This document shows positions 44,408 through 57,100 of a stretch of 64,000 nt of DNA, one piece after another; the first letter of the stretch is position 1; every line of letters starts with the position of its first letter. A model generated the notes under the pieces. It did no database searches and was not told where the DNA came from. It saw only the letters and a program-made list of their open reading frames with translations. The DNA comes from Amoebophrya sp. A120 (taxonomy: Eukaryota; Protista; Dinoflagellata), in contig CAJINV010000002.1 in NCBI GenBank assembly GCA_905178155.1, forward strand, positions 12,964,480 through 13,028,479, read 5' to 3'. The translations under genes and the position numbers were made by a program.

Positions 44408-46979
44408 CCGCCAGGCGGGCGCGTGCGCGGGTGCTTATGAGTTCGCCTGCTCGCGCGTGTTAGTACGTTGGGGCGCCGCCAACTTTGTTTCCGACCGAAG
44501 AATGCTCCCCCGAAAAAATTTCAGAACCGCCTCGGGTTCTTGGTTGTGGCAGGCTCTTCCTTGGCGGCTCCACCAAAACACGCCCGCCGCGTAGCGTGGC
44601 GAGGCGGCCAGCCCGTCCGGTGGGCAGGCTTCTTTGCCTGGGCCAGCCTGCTTCCTCGCGCGCGCGCTTGGGCGCGCCGGCAAGCTGTTGAAGCCCCGCA
44701 AAAATTCAGAAGCGGCTCGGGTTCTTGGTTGCGGCCCCCTGTGGCGCAACCAAGAGAGAAGCAACCTGCCGGCCCGCCAGGCGGGCGAATGCTTAAGAGT
44801 TCGCCCGCTGCTTATGAGTTCGCCTGCTCGCGCGCATTCGTTGGGACGCCGCCAAGTTGCCGCAGCGCGCTGCTTCTACAAAATTTCAGAACTGCCTCGG
44901 GTTCTTGGTTTCTTTCGGCCCTTGGCGGCACCACCAAAACACGCCCGCCGCCCGCGCAGCGCGGCGAGGAGGCGGGCTAGCCCGTCTGGTGGGCCGGCAG
45001 TTGTGCTTGGGCCAGCCTGCTCGCGCGCGCCGGCAAAGAAGCTGCTGCAGCTCTGCAAAAATTCTGAAGCGCTTCGGATTCTTGGTGGCTTGTGGCCCCC
45101 TGTGGCGCAACCAATAGAGACGCAAGCGGCCGGCCCGCGAGGCGGGCCGGCGAATGTTTATGCGCCCGCCTGCTCGCGCGCGTTCGTTGGGGCGCCGCCA
45201 AGGTGCCGAAGCCTGGCAAAATTTCAGAACCGCCCGGGGTTCTTGGTTGCGGCCCTCGGCGGCTCCACCAAAAAACGCCCGCAGCGCGGCGAGGCAGGCG
45301 GCCAGCCCGCCCGGTGGGCAGGAAGTTGCGCCCGGGTCAACCTGCTCGCCCGCGCGCGTGCGGGCGCGCCGGCAGGTTGTTGAAGCTTTGCAAAAATTCA
45401 GAAGCGCCCCGGATTCTTGTTTCTGGCCGATTCCCTCCGAGCATGCAGGCAGCGAAGAGAGGGCGCACCTAGAGCGATAGCGTGGCAAAAGAGCAGACAG
45501 AGGAACCCAAAGAAATGAAAATCGCGAAGAGATCGCAAAGCAAAGCAAGAAGACTAGCCTGCGCATTGAGGGCGTAAAGCAGCGACGCCCATAGTAGATA
45601 GAAGGTTGACCGCAGCAAAGTGGTTGGCCTGGGAGAAGCTTCGTCTCACTAAGAAGAAGTAGCCGGACATTGCTTGGGGTGAGTGTGTTTTTCCTCTTCG
45701 ACGCCGTAGGCTGTTGTCTTTAGGCAGCGCCTGACCTTTCGCTGATACATGGCCTGCGATGGTTTGACTGGTGGATAGGGCGGGCAGGTGGTTGACTGGT
45801 TGACTAGAGCACTAGTGTAGGCAATTAGACCAGAGGATAACACACAGCACGTGGCCAGTTCCTGGCTCACCTGTCTGATAGCTTTTAAAGCTATCGAAGA
45901 AACTTGCGCTCGTCTACTATTCTTTCAGAAAAAAAGTCAAAAGCAAGAACCTCGCTGCAGTCTGGGACTTTAACTCATTGCCGTGATTTATTTCCTACGC
46001 AGACTTCGTCGTGTGTTCAATCAAGAAAGCACGCACGTCGTCTTGCATTATTGACCTCCCAAAACATTCCAAACTTGAGAGCGAAACTTATTCAGTCGCC
46101 TTCATTTTCGATGAGGGTTCCGGTTCGGCTTTCACCTGAGCTGACCGATGCGAATCCGTATCACCAACGACAGAGCCTCCGCTTTCCATCGTCGATTTTT
46201 ATTCATTGTTCGCTAGCGCCAGGATGCTTTCATCTAGGTTGAGATCAAGGGTGGGAATAACTTGAAGTGTAGTCGGGGATGTTGATGCGTCATGTATATC
46301 GTCAGCATTTGATATTGAATTTGGGAAGTCGACGCTTTTGAATCGTAGTCGTACGCAGAGCGAGATTACACGGGTTTCAAAGCAACGGCATATTTTATAG
46401 ATCGCGTAGAAATCGCTCACACGTGGGGAGTTTAGTCTTCGATCTTTCCCTTTTCGATTTCCTTGTGGCTAGGTCGTCGCTCTTCGATTCCGGATGTGGT
46501 TAAGTACTTATACATTAGACCAAAGCCTCAGGATCGGGCTACAAGTACTAAACAATAACGGACGAAACAGATCCATCTGTGTTTCTACACCCCTGGATGT
46601 CTTAAAAGAGTCACTTAGTAGATAGCAACCCTTGTAGAGGTTTCCTCCTCCCTCCTGTAACGATCAATAACGATGGAAAAAAGTAGACGACGAATGAGTA
46701 TAGATAGCCGCCCAAACCCAATGCTCGTCAATTTTTTTCTTTTAAAGGCTGATATTAAACTACAGCAGAAATGAAGGCTTCGACGTTATATCGCTGTTTC
46801 CGCTCATCTACTTGATTGTCTTCAACACGGTTGTTTGACGTGGACGCGGTGCGGTTTAGTGCTCACGGAGGGTCACTGCCGATAGAAGAACTCTCATTCA
46901 ATCCCACGTGAGTAGCTCCTGCACACGCAAGAACCTTACAGGTTTGACGTAGCGCACAAAAACAAGGAAAAAGACGAGG

Positions 46980-49974
46980 ATGCAGTTCGTTGCCGCTACG
47001 CTTGTTAGCACAGGCTTTTGCCTCATAGCGCGACATCTGTCCGAAGACGTGGAGAACCCTCCAAAGGCAGTAAAACCAGCAGGGTTGCCCCTACCCCGCA
47101 TCCACGCCGGAGAGCATCACCACACGAATGGAGGAGGTGACAATGGTCACACAGAGACCGATGCTTCTCTGCTGGCAGCGCGAACCCAGGTCGGCGTCTC
47201 AACCACCGAAGACGATGGCTCCGAGCAAAACCTACAAGACTCAAACGACAAAAGAAAAATGGCTTCCGCGGTGCTGAACGAGACGGGTCACATCACGATT
47301 TCCGGACAGAAAAATACAGGAGTTGTTGGTCGTGCAGGAATACTAACCAGAGACGAGCCGGTGAACTGGGACGACACCCACAGCAAAACGTCGGGCCCGG
47401 CGACCGGGGAACAGTTTTCGGAGCCACACGTCATGCAGAATGGTGCTGATCATCATCATTCTGATTTGCGAGCACACCCGTTCGAGAGTCGGAGCATCGG
47501 CATGACAGTCAGTCAAGAAAAAGAGAGTAGTGGCACCTACGTCGGTCAATCATCTCCTGTTGCTGCTCCTGGTGGGTCAAAGCAACGCATGGAAGACACG
47601 GTGAAAGAAGAGATCACGCAAAGGGGCGAGCAACGCGACGCGGGGACTTTCACGAATATCCGTATTGCTGAGCGTGCTCTCGTCAATATCTCCACCGTAC
47701 TCACTGAAGTCGAAATGCCCAGAATGAGCAGGAGTGTTGTCGTACCACCTAGTACCTTCGGCTCTCTGCGTCGAGCTTTTCCTCCTCCGTCTTCGCCAAT
47801 CTTTCCTGACCGCGACCAGAAAAATGAAGAAGTAGAGGACACGGCGCAACACAGGAGCGACGTCATGCCCATGTATGATGGCTTGGAAAGGACGGCGCAT
47901 CGCGGTGGCGACCACAACCAGAGCAGACACAGTCCAAACACCACCGACACTCTACATGTTGCACAGAGGTCGACTGTTGAGCTGAAAAGCAACACGAGCT
48001 GCACGTCCACGCTTGCGGACAAACTCACGCTGGTGTTGGACGAAGAGGTTGCTCCTGCGAGTTCGCACCATCGCATACTGCAAGCAAATGTCACCTGCGG
48101 CCGCTCCTTGGATGCGAACTTCTCCGCTCGCCGTAGCTGCATCAATGATACGCAGCTGAAAACGCAAATTCCCTTGGCGTTCGGGGAGGGTGCCACTGCG
48201 AATCGGACGAGCTGCCAAGTCGAGAACGCAGTCGCTCCCTCCACTGCGAATTGCGGTAGCAGTAACGAAAGTACTACGTTGCAGATCATCGTCGACCAGA
48301 ATACAACCCTGCTGCATGGTGAGCACGCGCCTCCGAAAGCGGGGCTGCAACAAAGCAGGTATTGCCTACGTACGGACTTTCTTACTTCACAAGCCGTGCG
48401 CTCTTTCGATTGATTCACTCATATTTGGTGCGTAGGTTCAATCCAATCGGATCGGCATCTTTCGCAATCTGTGTTGTGGTGTCGCGCGTCGCAGCTGCAG
48501 CGCGCCTGCTCGTCCATGCGCCGAGGGGTTGCCACACGCCACGCGCCCTTCTTTCCATTATTCTTTTCGTCGTCGAGATTAGCTCTCTCCCCTCTTTCAA
48601 ACTTCACCTTATTTCATGCAAATTCGCCGGCGCGTGCCAAGCTTTCACTTTATTCTTTTCGTTGTCCTCATCTTTCTGCACAGCCCTGGAGCGAGTGTGT
48701 GGCAGCATGCGACGTGTGGGGCTTGCTAGCTGGAGTGTGTGTGCGTGCGTGCCGCCGCCTCCTCCTGGCAGCTACCTAATATCTGCAAGGCGTGGGGATC
48801 AGTTTTCGCCGCAGCACGGCCTCGCAGTGTTTCAAGCAGAGGCGCAAGACCCGAGGCTGCTTGCTTTTGTTTTTTGAGCGTTTGCGAACTGTGTTTATGT
48901 GCACTACCCCTTTGGGATTTTGCTTTTCAGTATATTTATCTACTCTTATATACTCCGTCCAAAGCCAACCTCTGCAATGAATACTATACGCAAAGGCAAG
49001 GCGAAAACTATAACTAATTATAACGCGCAGCCGGTGCGCGCTATTGCCCCTGCTGCAGTCGGCGTCGCCAAAAAAAAAAAGCTTGCAGCGCTTGACCTCG
49101 TTTCGCTATTCACCGATACATGTCGATATCCTGGGCTCGACATATTTACACTCAGCGAAAGCATGCCCCCATCCCCATCGCCTAAGGAAGAGGAGGAGAA
49201 AGAGAGGAGGAACTAGAGGAGTAATCCTCAGGCACATAGATAGCACCTCGCTGCACATCTGAAAGAAATTGTGAAACAGGTGAAGAACAATAACAAAACT
49301 CACTCAGATTACGCAGAAGCCCAGTCAGCAGTCAGTCACGCCAAGGCAAGCGAGCTCTTGGTTGCTTCGCGTTCGCTGCCTCTCTCTGTATAATTTCTGG
49401 GTTAATTATCACTCACGTACTTCTCAGGTCCGTCGATGAAGATGCAGCATCCCCGCCAGTTTGTTCCTCGGCAGTGTCATTCATCCTCATGTCCGTGTGC
49501 GGTTCTTGCGTCTTGCTATTTCTCGTCTTTTACTTGCTACTATCTACGATGCAGGATGAGAACAATTTCCCACCGAGCCGTAGCTGCACTTCTGACGAAC
49601 TGGCCTTGCAGTTGCCGGCAGTGGCGCATAACGCTGTTGTTATCCCGTCGAACAATTCCGGCAGTGTTGAGTCTATTTCCCCTTCTACATCTGCAGCCGC
49701 GTCGCTTGTCCTGGCGCCCGCGAAACGTTGTTCGGCCCCGCCCGACAGAACCACATCCAGTTCAACCGCGAGAGCAACAAAGGCGACGTCGGTGCGGAAC
49801 GAATACAGTGCGGGGCCGCAGTCGTTACTGGGCGAACAAAACACATCAGGCACGGGATTGCTGTCGCCTCCAGACCGACCATCGCCATCTGCTCGCGGTC
49901 CAAGTATTGGACGACGGGAGGCCAAGCAGCAAGAAACCGCGAGCGCCCGTCGTTTTCTATCCTTTGCACATTGA
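46980..49974 (+). CDS. Hypothetical low-complexity protein with N-terminal hydrophobic segment and probable downstream transmembrane helix (exons 46980-48358 and 49428-?)
   Basis: 477-codon ORF starting MQFVAATLVSTGFCLIA. The phase-2 donor AG|GTATTG at 48359 is compatible with the acceptor TTCTCAG|G at 49427, which leads into AVSFILMSVCGSCVLLFLVFYLLLS. The 3' end is uncertain and no domain was recognised. Confidence 0.5.
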
Positions 49975-51228
49975 TAACGATATGTCGACAAGCAAGACGT
50001 GTGTCATTATTGAAGTGCTAGTGCTAAGATGAAGGATAGTATGCCTATGACTCTGCCCTTTGTGAGTCAAAAACTTCGGAAATTGTGCATGGCTACTTAC
50101 AGCAAATGTATACCAAAATTGAAAAAGTGCGGCTTGGTTTGCAATATAGATATACTTATGATGCAGACCAGCAGATCGCTTCGTCTGTAAATGTGTGTAA
50201 AAGCGCCCAACAAACAAGACGAAACGCTAAAGAAGTAAAAGACGGCACAACCATCGAGAAAGAAGCACGCGCGCGGCCCGCCTTTTCCTGGCGAAGAACG
50301 TCGGCGGGGCCGGCGCCGCGCTTCGCAGGACCAGACGCACCCCTTTGGACGGCCGCAGCTACGTGCAGCACAGCCCCAGCATCCCAATCTTTTGAAGAAT
50401 CCTGGGCCGCCTGCGCACATTCCTTGACCCAGCAGCATCGACCGCCCCCCCTCCAGCATGATTGCCGGAGGTGGCGGGCCGGGAACGGCGGGCCGGACCC
50501 TGTGGGCGTCACCCCGGCTGGTCTGGTGAAACCAAATGGCCGGCGGTCCTGGGGCATGCCCGACGTGCGCCGCCGGGCGAAAGGTCGGGCGCGGTGTGGC
50601 TGGTGGGATTGCCGGAGGCGCACATCGGGCGCGCCGGACCAGCGCTGCGCCATTGGATGCCCGCCCCGCCTCCTCCTGGAGATGCGGACTTCGACAGGCC
50701 TGGCCATTCCGCCAGACCAGGCCTGAAGATCCAGCAAACAAGCGAATGGGTGGACGGGCCTGCCTGCGACGGGCAAGCCCTTTATTCCACCAGTCCAGGC
50801 CTGGGCACTCCGAATGCGTGGACGGGTGGGCTGGCGCGCGACCGAAAGCAGAAAAAGGCGCCACCACAATTGTCATTTTTCGTTTCAACTTTATCAAGCA
50901 TAAATCTAATGCCTGGAGAGGTAAGTGGAGGCCGAGAATGACCGACGGCGCGATCAAAGTAAAGGCAAAAGGAAAAGAAGTCTGCGGGGAGCTGACTTCC
51001 ACGCCGCTTTTTCCTTTACGTGGGTGCCCCCCCGCCTTTCGTCTTCGGCGCCCAGCTTTTTGTTTTTGGTCTTGATTTTTTTTTTCGCTACTCTCTATGA
51101 GATATTTGTTGTTTCTTCGAGTCTGGATTTGCAGAATGTCATCTATTCAAACATCCAATAAATGCGCCTGATGCTATGTTATCGATTCCAAAATGGAGTG
51201 TTGCTTGGCCCCATATATTTTTGCGCAG

Positions 51229-51749
51229 GACATTGGGTTCGCGAAAGTACACGCAACGTTGTGGGGGCCGCTTCCGTTGTTACACACTTGGAACAAACGG
51301 AGGACAGCGTGGAAGTTGAAGATGATGAAGAACAACAAGTTGCTGACGCCCGCCACGACGTCGAAAGTACCGGCGAGGAGGCGCGCAGAGGAATATCGGC
51401 GACCGGCTGCAGTCCGAGCAGCGACATAGAGTTTGGTCCCATTTTTCTCCAAGACAAGCCTGTTACCAAGACGACAACGACTTCATCGTCAGCAATGCTC
51501 TGCTCGACCTCCAGCTCCAAGAATAGCGTGCAACACTCCTCGTCTTCGTCAAAGACGTTCTCTACTGTCGAGGACGCTAGTGTTACTGAGCAGCGGGACG
51601 ACGTGGGCACCAGTCCGATATTGGACGAAAATCAGGAACGTCAGGAGGTAGAGGAAACTTTTGCGTTCGGACTCGGAGGATCTGCTTTGCAGGAATTGCA
51701 GTATTCGAAATATGGAAGGAAAAGCGCAATGCGTTCTGGTTCTCGATGA
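51229..51749 (+). CDS. Exon-like acidic Ser/Thr-rich ORF, possibly a further exon of the 46980 gene
   Basis: Acceptor-like TTTTTGCGCAG ends at 51228, followed by an open frame EQTEDSVEVEDDEEQQ...TTTTSSS with composition similar to the upstream gene. Confidence 0.35.
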
Positions 51750-52900
51750 TCGTTATGCATGGATTCCTATTATTTGGTCACACAGGAACAACAGCTCTTT
51801 CTGCATTTTGCAGGAAGCTTGGCTGACTCTATTGCTTGATTTCAATTTCCGAAATGGTCTACATCCAGCTCTGCCTGATAACGGCGGAAGGAAAGGTTTT
51901 CGCGGCAATGATCATCAGCCTCTCCGTTATTCTACTTGCGACCTTCGTTTCAAATGAAGCTGCGCGCGTAGGATTTGCATTTTGATTTTCCATGGCGACC
52001 ACTTCTTTCCGGTTTTTTTCCCTCATTTACGATTTTTCTCTCCTCTTTTCCTTGCTAGAAAGATACCTACGGCAGGGGCTGGATTTTTTCAGCCCCGTGC
52101 GCGTTAGATGTCGTGTAGAATACTATCGCATTTATCCTGTACACTCTGAGAGTAGAGAGAATCTAAGTAGTCCATCGGTGGGAGGGGCGGGTAGGAGATT
52201 GCAGACGTGCTCTTGTTCTTTCTTTCCGCGACAGGTATTTCGCTTTGTGAAAGAAGGCACAGCAAAATAAATAGGGAAACGCGTTTCCGGGTTGGTTTTT
52301 GTAGAGGTTTAGGGCTAGTAAGGTGGTCTGGTGCAGCTGGTTCCGGAAAACTGGATATAATTTCCGTTCCCCAGGAAGTTCAGGTACGTCTTGGCTACCG
52401 GGCTATGGTTTAATACGTGTAGCCTGTCTGATTCTCTGAAAGCTAGGCTCTTGCGTTTCCGCTGGAACTCCAAAGGTCGCACGCTGGGGCGACGTTATTT
52501 CTTATTTGCTGGCTGAAGAGCAGGCAGCGCGCCGCGGACCCGATCTGGGCGCCGTTGCTGATGAGGTGGCTGCTTCGGCTGACTCCAGTTGAGCGGTCGC
52601 TCACCGCTATAGGCTTTTGAGCGCCTGATACTCGACATGTTTTCACCGCTGCGCCTTTGGCCGTGCCCTGATACACATCATGCTTTTGAGCGTCCGTTTG
52701 TCTAAGGCGGACACTTACTCGTGGAAAACTCGGTAGAGCCCTGGCAGTTACTCGCCCACCTACTTGCCTGCTGATTTTCCATTGTGGCGCAAATGCTTTC
52801 CCATCTGTGAGTTCGTCTTTCCCCTCTAGTCGGCCGAACTCAGAGAATGATAATGGTCAGGCATGTGTAAGTTCTTGGCATTCAAATTTTTGACCGCATT

Positions 52901-53431
52901 GTGCTTTTTTCCTCCTATACCGAAAGCGAAAGCGTCATCGTTCCAGAGGAACAAACTGCGTCTAGCTACCACCAGAACTACGAGGAAGCAGAAAGCGCAA
53001 TTGGCCCAGTTGAGCAGACTTGGGTTCGCATGGCGGAGCACTGGGGCGGTCCTGATTTTCGCGACAAGTGTCGAGGAAGTGGTACAAATGAAGACCGCCA
53101 CCACCGGAATGAGTCACTTTGCCTGAAGTTTCCTCTGCTTTTTCCGAGGAACAACGGCGAAAAACTCACAAAAGAGTTTGATGGTGCTCTCTGGTCTATC
53201 TCCTGGGCCAAGGGACCAGGTGCGACGTCGCAACTTGTCATCCCGATCGACTGCGCGAAAATTCGCGGAGCGGCAGGCGATAGGGTGACGGTATTTCGCA
53301 AGCATACCCGCGGCACACCATCGCTCACCCTGAGCTTGACGGTGTATCAGATAAACGATGAAACGTTGGGCCCTGGCGCTGGGGCAAGCGTTATGCAGTG
53401 TGTTTGCTTTTCAAAAGTCCAGGTGGCTTAG
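52901..53431 (+). CDS. Hypothetical coding fragment (176 aa)
   Basis: Stop-free and protein-like composition, but no ATG start, clear splice sites or recognisable motif. Confidence 0.2.
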   Translation: MLFSSYTESESVIVPEEQTASSYHQNYEEAESAIGPVEQTWVRMAEHWGGPDFRDKCRGSGTNEDRHHRNESLCLKFPLLFPRNNGEKLTKEFDGALWSISWAKGPGATSQLVIPIDCAKIRGAAGDRVTVFRKHTRGTPSLTLSLTVYQINDETLGPGAGASVMQCVCFSKVQVA

Positions 53432-55898
53432 CTCGTCAGGTGTTATTTTCCAGTACTTATCTTCATTAGCCTGATTATCCACGGTAAAATGGACGCCCAG
53501 TTCATTCAATGAGCCTCATTTTAACGCCGACGGAACTCCTACTGTCTGATGCATGTTCTGTTTTTAATTATTGTGTTCCTCATTGGACCACTGCCCGACG
53601 CCGTTCACACGCGTAATTCTAATTGGCTTCTCGTCTCACTATCATACACGGCCCGGAAGTGATATAATTATGCCACGACAAATCACAAAAGCCATATTTT
53701 AGTTTTACCGATACTTACAGAGTATGGAGCAGGCAGGCGCAGGGGCATTGACAAAGTCCACCTGAATATCGAAGCTACAGAAGCACGGCAAGGGGTTCGC
53801 AAAACCCGAAAAGCGCCAAAAAAAAACACCAATCATCAACGCTAATTACAGGTATGTCCGGAACACTATCATTGATCCCAGAAATTTTTTTAAAGCCTTA
53901 CTTTTAGTTTTACCTTGCCACGTCTCGTCAGGCTCTGTAGCCCAGAGTCGCCTGAAACTGGCTCGTTTGATTGTTGAAGATAAGTACTAGCAATATTCTA
54001 TCAGAAGAGCAAAATTGTTCGAGACTACGGAACTTGTTGATGTAGACTACAGCGAGTGAGGCAATCGATCATTCTCAACATACATCGTCTGAAGCTTAAT
54101 TGACTCTAATCGGAGAGGGATATGTTGTTTCTGCGTGCTTCGTGGATGTCATCGCATATCTCAGCAGAGTAGCGTTCTAAAAATTTTCGTTGTGTTTTCT
54201 TCGCTCCGGTTGCCGTAATGTACTTACTAAAACTTGTTAGTTTTTTGCCTCTGCAGTGCAATAATAATGGTATTTTTCTTTTGGCTTTATTTAACAAAAA
54301 TAATGCAAATCGGATTTACTACCGTCTTCTAGAATACCTTGCAAGTTCCATTGAAACAGACCTGAGAAGAACGATTCGCTGATTGCAAAGAATATTTCTT
54401 CACTTGAGGCGTGGAGGATTACACCACGATAAAAACATCTTGTCGTGTGCAAAGCATCGCCACGATTGAGTCGTGTGCCCGTGGTGCAAAGCATCGCGTT
54501 GTTCTCTGCCCCGGTCTATCGAGCTTGAGGGTAAGGGGCCACCGCCGCCGCACCCGTAACTACCTTACTAACTAACAGCGAGAAGGCATGACTTGACTTG
54601 ATCCGGCAACGAATCTGAGAGAGGTCTGATATGGTCTACTAGGGTGCGGTCGCCCTGTGTTTGTGACAACGAGAACTTCCTCGCAGGTCGGTAGTAACCA
54701 GTTTATGTCTGTGGTCGACCGCTTCTGCATCATGCTCATACTACAACAAGCATCAGCGTCCGTTGAGTAAATATCTTGACGGAGTTCGTTGTCGTATCTC
54801 TCCCCCCGCCGATGTGTTGCATCATCCGATAGGTCACTCATAGCTACCTCATTGGACCATGTTTGCCTCGCCTACATCTATACGATACGTGCAATTTTTT
54901 ACATTGCAGTTTCGAATTGTTGACAAACTAAGACCAGCATTGATTTTAGAATCTCGCGCTGAACGGTTGGGTTCGTCCGGTTGTTTTGGATTCTTCTGAT
55001 CGCAAGTCAAGCACTTCATTTTTGTATGGCGACACTTTTGCCGTATATTTGCTAAGAAAGTAACGCCGGTTCGATGAAAGCATTTTATCCTCTGATCGTG
55101 TGGATGCAAGTTTCGTCGTCGACTCAAGAGCAACAGAGATAGTGCTCCATCTAGATGGAAGTTGTCGCCATCGTAGTAAACCCTCGTGATCGTTGTCGTG
55201 ATCGAAGTAAGCGTTTATTGGGATATTTATGCCGAATTCCAACATGATCGTGGGTATAAGTATTTATATTTTCTGGTCGTGAGCAGTCGCAGGGTGACAT
55301 CACAAATTTTATCGTCGAACGATCGCCGGCTGCTGATGTCACTTCGACAAATGGCAGTCATCGGTATCATGATGAGTCGTCGATGATGTCGCGCCGAAAA
55401 TCGGTAGGGTGGACTTTCCGTGATGATCTATCATCTGTCATCAATTTCCATATACTCACTTCGAAAAAGATGAATTAAGTACTTACAGCAGAAGTAACAA
55501 ACCGTGCCAGCTTCTTCGTCCTTATCAACTTCAACGCAGCACATCGACCACCATGGCACTTACAACTCAAATACTCGCTATCAACCATGAAAACGACGTA
55601 GGTGTCTGGAGTGTTGAATCAATCCGCGTCGCCCCTCGAAGCAGTTAGGTTTGTTTTTCTACTTTACCCACAAAGAGGCGCATGTTGTTTTTCTACTTTA
55701 CACAGTTAATGTTGGATAAATGACGGAAAAACCCTGAACGGCGTTGCTGCGTGCGTCCTACTAGTCCATCAGACCAGTAGTAGCGTAAGCTTCAGGCCGC
55801 GGCACGATGGAGCCCGAAACAGGGATTATATCCAAAATTGAGAAAGCTCGCCGCGTACACGTACTACTGCAGCACTACAACATTCGCTTATATGTATC

Positions 55899-55986
55899 AT
55901 GGGCTAGTATTGCATTAAACACAGAACAACGTAGCACATAAATATGCGCGCTAGGACGTTCTGTCTTTAATGCAATACTAGCCCAT
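55899..55986. repeat. 88-bp foldback (29-bp arms, 1 mismatch)
   Basis: ATGGGCTAGTATTGCATTAAACACAGAAC ... GTTCTGTCTTTAATGCAATACTAGCCCAT. Confidence 0.85.
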
Positions 55987-56956
55987 AATGATATGTATTA
56001 AAAGCACACAGTCTCTTCCTGAAATACTGAGGTGGATATTTGGCTCTTCCGGTGTTTCTGTCCCAACATGTTCCGGCAGTTGTCCGAGCAGCACCTCTGC
56101 AAGCCTGTGGGTTGAATTAGAACTGGCGATGCAGAAATTGGCATTCTTACTTAATGAGCTGCACTCCTGCCGAAGTTCCTATTGCTGTTCATGCCCCACG
56201 AATGAGGGGGAGGGCGAATCGTACAGCCTCATAAGCCCCCCCCCTCGCGACCGGCTTGGGTGTGTACGGCACGGGTGCTGCCTGGCGGTCTTTAGGCACT
56301 AGCCCTATTTATGTGTCGTAGTTTGGGTGAAGTATCATCTAGGCTCCTCTAGCCCTGTGTCCGCCCGGCTAGAGTTCTTCGTACATGCGACATGTAGGAG
56401 CCTACCGCTCGTCCTCTGCAAGCTAGTCCAGGATGGATGACGACGAGAATGATTCTGATGATTACCATCATTGGCTCGTGCTCGAGTCTGTATCTCTATC
56501 TATCATACGAGTAACAAATTTTTGTGCAACGTACGAGGGATTCATGTTCTTTCCAGTCTTTGATTTTGAGCTTCGTTGGTCTGTGGCATTCTAGTCGCAT
56601 CTTCAGTTATAAGCCCATAAATATACAATTCATTGATTGAAGATAGAAGGCAACAGAGAGCTCGGAGAAGATGTCGTGAGTATTTTATTTTCGAGATTCT
56701 TATGATAGGGCTTAGGGTGGATGCCGGCGCTGAGGGCGAGAGCCAGCGAGAAAACCGACGAAATTGAACGAAAGTTGCGGCGCTAACTAAATTGTATTGC
56801 TCCTGCCAACGCATCTGTATTGATGTAGAAGCACACGCAAGAATAATAAAAAAGCGGAAAAGGTGCAGCGAGGGACTAGAACCATTAACTTCATCAGATT
56901 GAAAAAGGGGGCGCTGCTTTCGTGAATGGCGATGGTGAGCTTTTTCGTTTCAATAT

Positions 56957-57100
56957 TTGTTTGTTGGCATCCTCTACGTGCTGTTCGGCATGGCATTATG
57001 GTGGATGCACGAGGAGAAGAAGAAGCGGGACCAGAAGGACCGTGATCAAGAACGCGTCAACAACAGCCAGCGCATTCACAATGCGAATACAGACCATAAG
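56957..57100 (+). CDS. Possible internal exon: hydrophobic helix followed by a charged stretch
   Basis: FVGILYVLFGMALWWMHEEKKKRDQKDRDQER with C/G-ending codons and an AAG|GTACAA donor at 57101. No canonical acceptor found. Confidence 0.25.

Larger units (their letters stand above)
40320..45425. repeat. GC-rich 358-bp tandem satellite (~11 visible copies; near-identical core ~40930-42886, degenerate edges)
   Basis: Identical ORF translations recur every 358 bp (40913, 41271, 41629, 41987, 42345). The array continues after the insertion and the gap and decays by ~45425. Confidence 0.95.

Noticed and set aside
40270-45566. Recurrent 61-326 aa Arg/Ala/Pro-rich ORFs
   Set aside because: The 358-bp unit is not a multiple of 3, and the ORFs are by-products of a GC-rich satellite.
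50270-50860. GC-rich island with overlapping ORFs on both strands
   Set aside because: No consistent frame, recognisable motif or clear terminal repeats; cannot be called as an exon or element.
54106-55342. Short minus-strand Cys/Lys-rich ORFs resembling a decayed transposase
   Set aside because: No DDE, RT or zinc-finger motif could be identified with confidence.
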